Shown here in pieces: positions 60,408-64,000 of a stretch of 64,000 nt of DNA. A program made the position numbers and the translations under genes. The stretch is from Gemmatimonadota bacterium (GTDB lineage Bacteria > Gemmatimonadota > Gemmatimonadetes > Longimicrobiales > Gaopeijiaceae). The notes under the pieces were generated by a model. It was not told the origin of the DNA, did no database searches, and was given only the letters and a program-made list of their open reading frames with translations. Location of the stretch: positions 3,166-67,165 of the forward strand of contig JBDHIJ010000024.1 of assembly GCA_039587435.1 (NCBI GenBank), written 5' to 3'. The first letter of the stretch is position 1. Every line of letters starts with the position of its first letter.

Positions 60408-63090
60408 GAACCAGGGCCGGCCTCCTCGGCTGGCCGAGGCGCTATTGAGCTTCTCTCTCCCGGCGGGTGGCCTTCGGGAGAGCGTACTGGGCGACCTCGA
60501 GGAACTCTACCGGGCCCGGTGTACGGCACCCGGGCGGGGGAAGGCTGAGGCGAGGCTCTGGTACTGGCGGCAGGCCGTCCGGCTTTCCGCCGCTTACGGT
60601 GCACGACGGATGGGTGGGACGGAGTTTCGGGGCTTTGCTCCGGTTCCGCCGGGGGAGCGACTGAAAGCCTCGGGAAGACGAGGGGTGGGGGAGATGATGA
60701 GAGAGGCACGGCTGGTCACGCGGTCGCTGATCCGCAGTCCCGGGTTCACGCTGCCGGCGCTCCTGATTCTGGCCGTGGGGATGACCGCGGCGACGGCCAT
60801 CTTCACGGTGGTGGACTCCATCGTCCTCCGCCCCCTCCAGTTCCCGGACTCCGATCGGCTGGTGATCCTCTGCGAGGACCATCCCCGAATGCGGGGCTAC
60901 TGCATCGCCTCTCCGAGGGTGGTGGACGAGCTGCGTCGTTCGAGCACCTCGTTCTCCGAGATGGGGATCGCCCGGGGGTGGGGATTTCGACTGACCGACG
61001 ACCAGGGAGCCCGACGAGCGCGAGGGGGGCTCATCGATGCGGGCGCGCTCCGGGCCGTGGGGGTACAGCCCGAGCTGGGCCGCCTGTTCCGTGACGAGGA
61101 ATTCGGCGACGAGGGAAGGGTCGCTCTCTTGAGCCATTCCCTCTGGTCGGATCGCTACGGCAGTGACCCCGCCATCGTGGGCGCCCCGATCCAGCTGGCC
61201 GGAGAACCCTACGTGGTGGTGGGGGTGCTCCCGACAGGGTTCGATCTGCCGTTCGACCTCAGCGGGATCGAGGTCTGGACCCCGCCCCATTTCGGCCCCC
61301 TGGACCCCGATGTGCAGGGCTGGCGGGGATTCAGGGCGTTCGCTCGCCTTGCCCCTGGGGCGTCTCTGGCGTCGGCGGACGCCGAGGTCACCCAGGGCTA
61401 CGCCCGGCTCCGGGGGATCCTCGAGGACGTGGACGACTCCTGGGGTGTCCGGCTGGATCCCCTTCTCAGGGAGGTGGTCGGCGATACCCGGCCCGTTCTG
61501 ATGGCCTTCCTGGCCGGAGCGATCCTCCTCCTCGTTGTCGTCTGCGCCAACGTGGCCAACCTCCTCCTGGCCAGAGGATTCCGGCGGCGGCGGGAGCTGG
61601 CCGTCCGGGCGGCCCTGGGTGCGGGTCGGCGCCAGCTCATCCGTCAGATCCTGCTCGAGGGGCTCCTCCTTGCCGCGGTGGCCACCGGGCTGTCGGTGCT
61701 CATGGCCGACGGCGCCACCCGGGCTCTCCTGAGCCTGGCGCCCCCGGAGATCCCCCGACTCGCCGAGGTGGCGGTGGACGGGAGGATTCTGCTGGCCGCG
61801 GGGGTCACGGGACTGCTGGCTACGCTGGTGTTCGCCATCGTCCCCGCACTTCGGGTCACCTCGTGGAACCTCGGGCAGGCCGTCCGATCGGGGTTGAGGG
61901 CCGGCCGGTCCCGGGACGGGGGCCGCCTCCGGGCCGGACTGGTCGTGGCGGAACTGGCCCTGTCGGTGGTCCTGCTGGCTTCCGCGGGCCTCCTCACCCG
62001 GAGCTTCACCCAGTACCTGGACTGGGAGCCCGGGTTCGAGCGGGACCGGGTGCTGTCCGTCAGCGCCAACGTGGACATGGCGCAGTACCGTACCCGGGAA
62101 CAGTTCATGGGGCAGGTCCGCCTCGTGGAGGAGCGCCTCTCGGCACTGCCGGGAGTGGAATCCGTGGCTACGGCCTCCGCGGGGCCCCTGTTCGGCGGGA
62201 ATGACGGGGCCACGGCCTTCATGGCCGACGGCGCCGAATCCATCTCCGACCTTCCTGTGACCTGGTGGTTCGACGTGGGGCCCGGGTACTTCGCCACCCT
62301 CGGCGTGGACGTGGTGGCGGGACGGGAGTTCACCGAGGCGGACGGGCCCGGTGTCACACCGGTGGCCGTCGTGAACCGGACCCTGGCCGAGATGGCCTGG
62401 CCCGACGGCGACCCCGTGGGGAGGGTCATCCACCTGCCCGAGCGCGAGCAGAGTCTCACCGTGGTGGGGGTGGTGGCCGACGTGCCCCCGCTCACCCCCG
62501 GGGAGGCGACTCTTCCCGAGATCTACTGGAGCAACCGGCAGTTCGGTCGGGCGGCGACGATCTTCCTCGTCCGCACGCGGGATGATCCTGTCCTCTCGGC
62601 CGGCCCGATCACCTCGGCCATGACCGAAGCGGATCCGGACCTGTTGGTGGGAACCCCGCGGACCCTCCGGTCCACGGAGCAGCGCCGGCTGATCCGACCC
62701 CGGTTCCAGGCCCTCGTGCTGCTTGCGCTGGCGGGCGCGGCGCTGGCCCTCTCGGCCCTGGGGGTATACGCGGTTGTCTCGTACTCGGTCGCCGGCCGCA
62801 TCCCCGAAATGGGGGTCCGAATGGCCTTGGGAGCCGGGAGAGGCCAGGTCGTGCGGCTGATCCTGCGATCGGGCCTCCCTGTCGTGCTCGGCGGAATCGG
62901 TCTCGGGGCCGTCGGATCGCTCTGGGTCGGCCGCATGCTTCAGGGCATGGCCCACGGGGTCGGCGCCGTCGATCCCCTGAGCCTGGGCACCGCGGCGGGG
63001 GTTCTCCTGCTGGTGGCGGTGATCGCCACGCTCATCCCCGCCGTCCGGGCCAGCCGGGCGGATCCGCTCACGGTGATGCGAGCGGAGTGA
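60397..63090 (+). CDS. Duplicated FtsX/MacB-type ABC transporter permease (ADOP-like, with N-terminal permease-prefix region)
   Basis: 897 aa. The N-terminal prefix (LAEALLSFSLP...LGDLEELY) is followed by two MacB_PCD/FtsX modules. The protein ends RASRADPLTVMRAE. It overlaps padR by 11 nt. Confidence 0.92.
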   Translation: MSPENQGRPPRLAEALLSFSLPAGGLRESVLGDLEELYRARCTAPGRGKAEARLWYWRQAVRLSAAYGARRMGGTEFRGFAPVPPGERLKASGRRGVGEMMREARLVTRSLIRSPGFTLPALLILAVGMTAATAIFTVVDSIVLRPLQFPDSDRLVILCEDHPRMRGYCIASPRVVDELRRSSTSFSEMGIARGWGFRLTDDQGARRARGGLIDAGALRAVGVQPELGRLFRDEEFGDEGRVALLSHSLWSDRYGSDPAIVGAPIQLAGEPYVVVGVLPTGFDLPFDLSGIEVWTPPHFGPLDPDVQGWRGFRAFARLAPGASLASADAEVTQGYARLRGILEDVDDSWGVRLDPLLREVVGDTRPVLMAFLAGAILLLVVVCANVANLLLARGFRRRRELAVRAALGAGRRQLIRQILLEGLLLAAVATGLSVLMADGATRALLSLAPPEIPRLAEVAVDGRILLAAGVTGLLATLVFAIVPALRVTSWNLGQAVRSGLRAGRSRDGGRLRAGLVVAELALSVVLLASAGLLTRSFTQYLDWEPGFERDRVLSVSANVDMAQYRTREQFMGQVRLVEERLSALPGVESVATASAGPLFGGNDGATAFMADGAESISDLPVTWWFDVGPGYFATLGVDVVAGREFTEADGPGVTPVAVVNRTLAEMAWPDGDPVGRVIHLPEREQSLTVVGVVADVPPLTPGEATLPEIYWSNRQFGRAATIFLVRTRDDPVLSAGPITSAMTEADPDLLVGTPRTLRSTEQRRLIRPRFQALVLLALAGAALALSALGVYAVVSYSVAGRIPEMGVRMALGAGRGQVVRLILRSGLPVVLGGIGLGAVGSLWVGRMLQGMAHGVGAVDPLSLGTAAGVLLLVAVIATLIPAVRASRADPLTVMRAE

Positions 63091-63282
63091 CCCACCGCCT
63101 CGGGGTGGCCCGGTCGTGGCCACCCCGAGCCCCTCGATCTTGGGTCCGCAGCTCTCCCAGTCGTGTAACCGTGGCGGGAGAGACCTGTGGCAGATCCCTC
63201 GCCGAACCCATATTCATGTGCCAGTGACGTCCGCCCTCCGGCGGCTGGTCCATCACACGCATCGAAAACGAGGGGTATCGAT

Positions 63283-63825
63283 ATGAAGCGCACGATCGTC
63301 GCCGGGTTCGCGGTCGCGGTCGCTGTTTCGCTCACCGCATGCAGCAGCGTCGACACGACGAGGGACTGGGACCCCAACTTCGACTTCTCCCAGACCTCCA
63401 CCTACATGTGGATCTCGAGTGACAGCGAACTCGACGACATCACGAGGAATCGGGTCCGGGCGGCGGCCAACAACGCGATGCAGGCCCGGGGGTTCACGGA
63501 GGTACAGTCGAACGCGTCGCTCGCACTGGGCTACCAGGTGACCACTGAGCAGCAGCAGTCCGCCACCACGACCACCACGGGTTGGGGCGGTGGATATCGG
63601 TGGGGCTGGGGCGGCTCCATGGGGATGTCCACCAGCCAGACCCGGGTGAACACCTGGGACGTCGGGACCCTGGTCCTGGCCCTCTTCGATACGGATTCCC
63701 AGAACCTGGTGTGGACCGGCAGCGCCTCCGCCAAGCTCCAGGACAACCTGAATCCGGAGGAGCGCCAGCGGCGGATCCAGCAGGCGGTGGACCAGATGAT
63801 GGATGGCTTCCCTCCGGGAGGCTGA
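63283..63825 (+). CDS. DUF4136 domain lipoprotein
   Basis: ATG at 63283 after GAGGGG. Lipobox SLTAC. Pattern ...VGTLVLALFDTDSQNLVWTGSA typical of DUF4136. Unusual internal Q/T/G/W-rich insert. Confidence 0.85.
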   Translation: MKRTIVAGFAVAVAVSLTACSSVDTTRDWDPNFDFSQTSTYMWISSDSELDDITRNRVRAAANNAMQARGFTEVQSNASLALGYQVTTEQQQSATTTTTGWGGGYRWGWGGSMGMSTSQTRVNTWDVGTLVLALFDTDSQNLVWTGSASAKLQDNLNPEERQRRIQQAVDQMMDGFPPGG

Positions 63826-63905
63826 TACTGAAACGGGCCCGCGGTCCCGGGGCCTCGAACTGACCGGGTGGGGGCGATGCCCGGGATTCCGATGAGGACA
63901 TTCGG

Positions 63906-64000
63906 TATGAAGACCAAGAGGAGCGCACTGTCGATCGGCGGAGCCATGGCGATGGTCCTGGCCCTGGCGGCGTGCAGCAGCGGTGGCGGAGGTGGGCAGA
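63906..64000 (+). CDS. Lipoprotein, 5' fragment (runs off window)
   Basis: Hand translation gives MKTKRSALSIGGAMAMVLALAACSSGGGGGQ, a classical lipoprotein signal with lipobox LAAC. Confidence 0.55.

Overview
This is a very GC-rich bacterial chromosomal segment (by eye about two-thirds to 70% G+C; not computed) and it is densely coding. I can support about 59 protein-coding genes, 2 decayed genes, and a handful of terminators and promoter/operator sites. I saw no rRNA, tRNA, CRISPR array, integrase or transposase.

The high GC content fills the six-frame track with long R/G/P-rich shadow ORFs. I picked real genes by catalytic motifs, hydrophobic-helix patterns, GC3, and RBS/start context. Many listed ORF starts were trimmed to internal starts, since the track also counts GTG and TTG as M.

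Layout:
(i) 1-14.5 kb looks accessory. It holds membrane proteins of unknown function with three internal paralog pairs, a membrane class III nucleotidyl cyclase, a CPBP protease, a decayed MBL-fold gene and a vapBC pair.
(ii) 14.6-27 kb holds two divergent S9 peptidases and a cNMP-binding GGDEF protein. That protein sits in an apparent operon with a PLP enzyme and an HDAC-family amidohydrolase. The block also has a TonB-dependent receptor that seems to lack its 5' end, plus a DUF4249-like lipoprotein.
(iii) 27-44 kb holds udk, a DtxR-family regulator and exported gamma-glutamyl/D-amino-acid peptide hydrolases (ggt, D-aminoacylase, M55). It also has a deoxyhypusine-synthase-like gene and a cyclic-nucleotide-gated K+ channel.
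(iv) 44-64 kb holds typA, a serA operon, heme O synthase, more peptidases (P1/S58, M1), a TonB-like protein and an internally deleted nhaA. It ends with a PadR + duplicated-FtsX permease pair behind an unusually AT-rich palindromic operator.

The gene repertoire suggests a Gemmatimonadota/Acidobacteriota-like organism (inference only).

Best candidates for something undescribed:
- the membrane-protein operon that ends in the cyclase, its duplicated modules, and the two cNMP receptors elsewhere in the window;
- the coupled A2 / 7TM / A1 / BNR operon;
- the zinc-ribbon protein with aromatic-basic repeats;
- the channel-coupled small membrane protein.

All homology calls come from motif recognition by eye, not from database searches.
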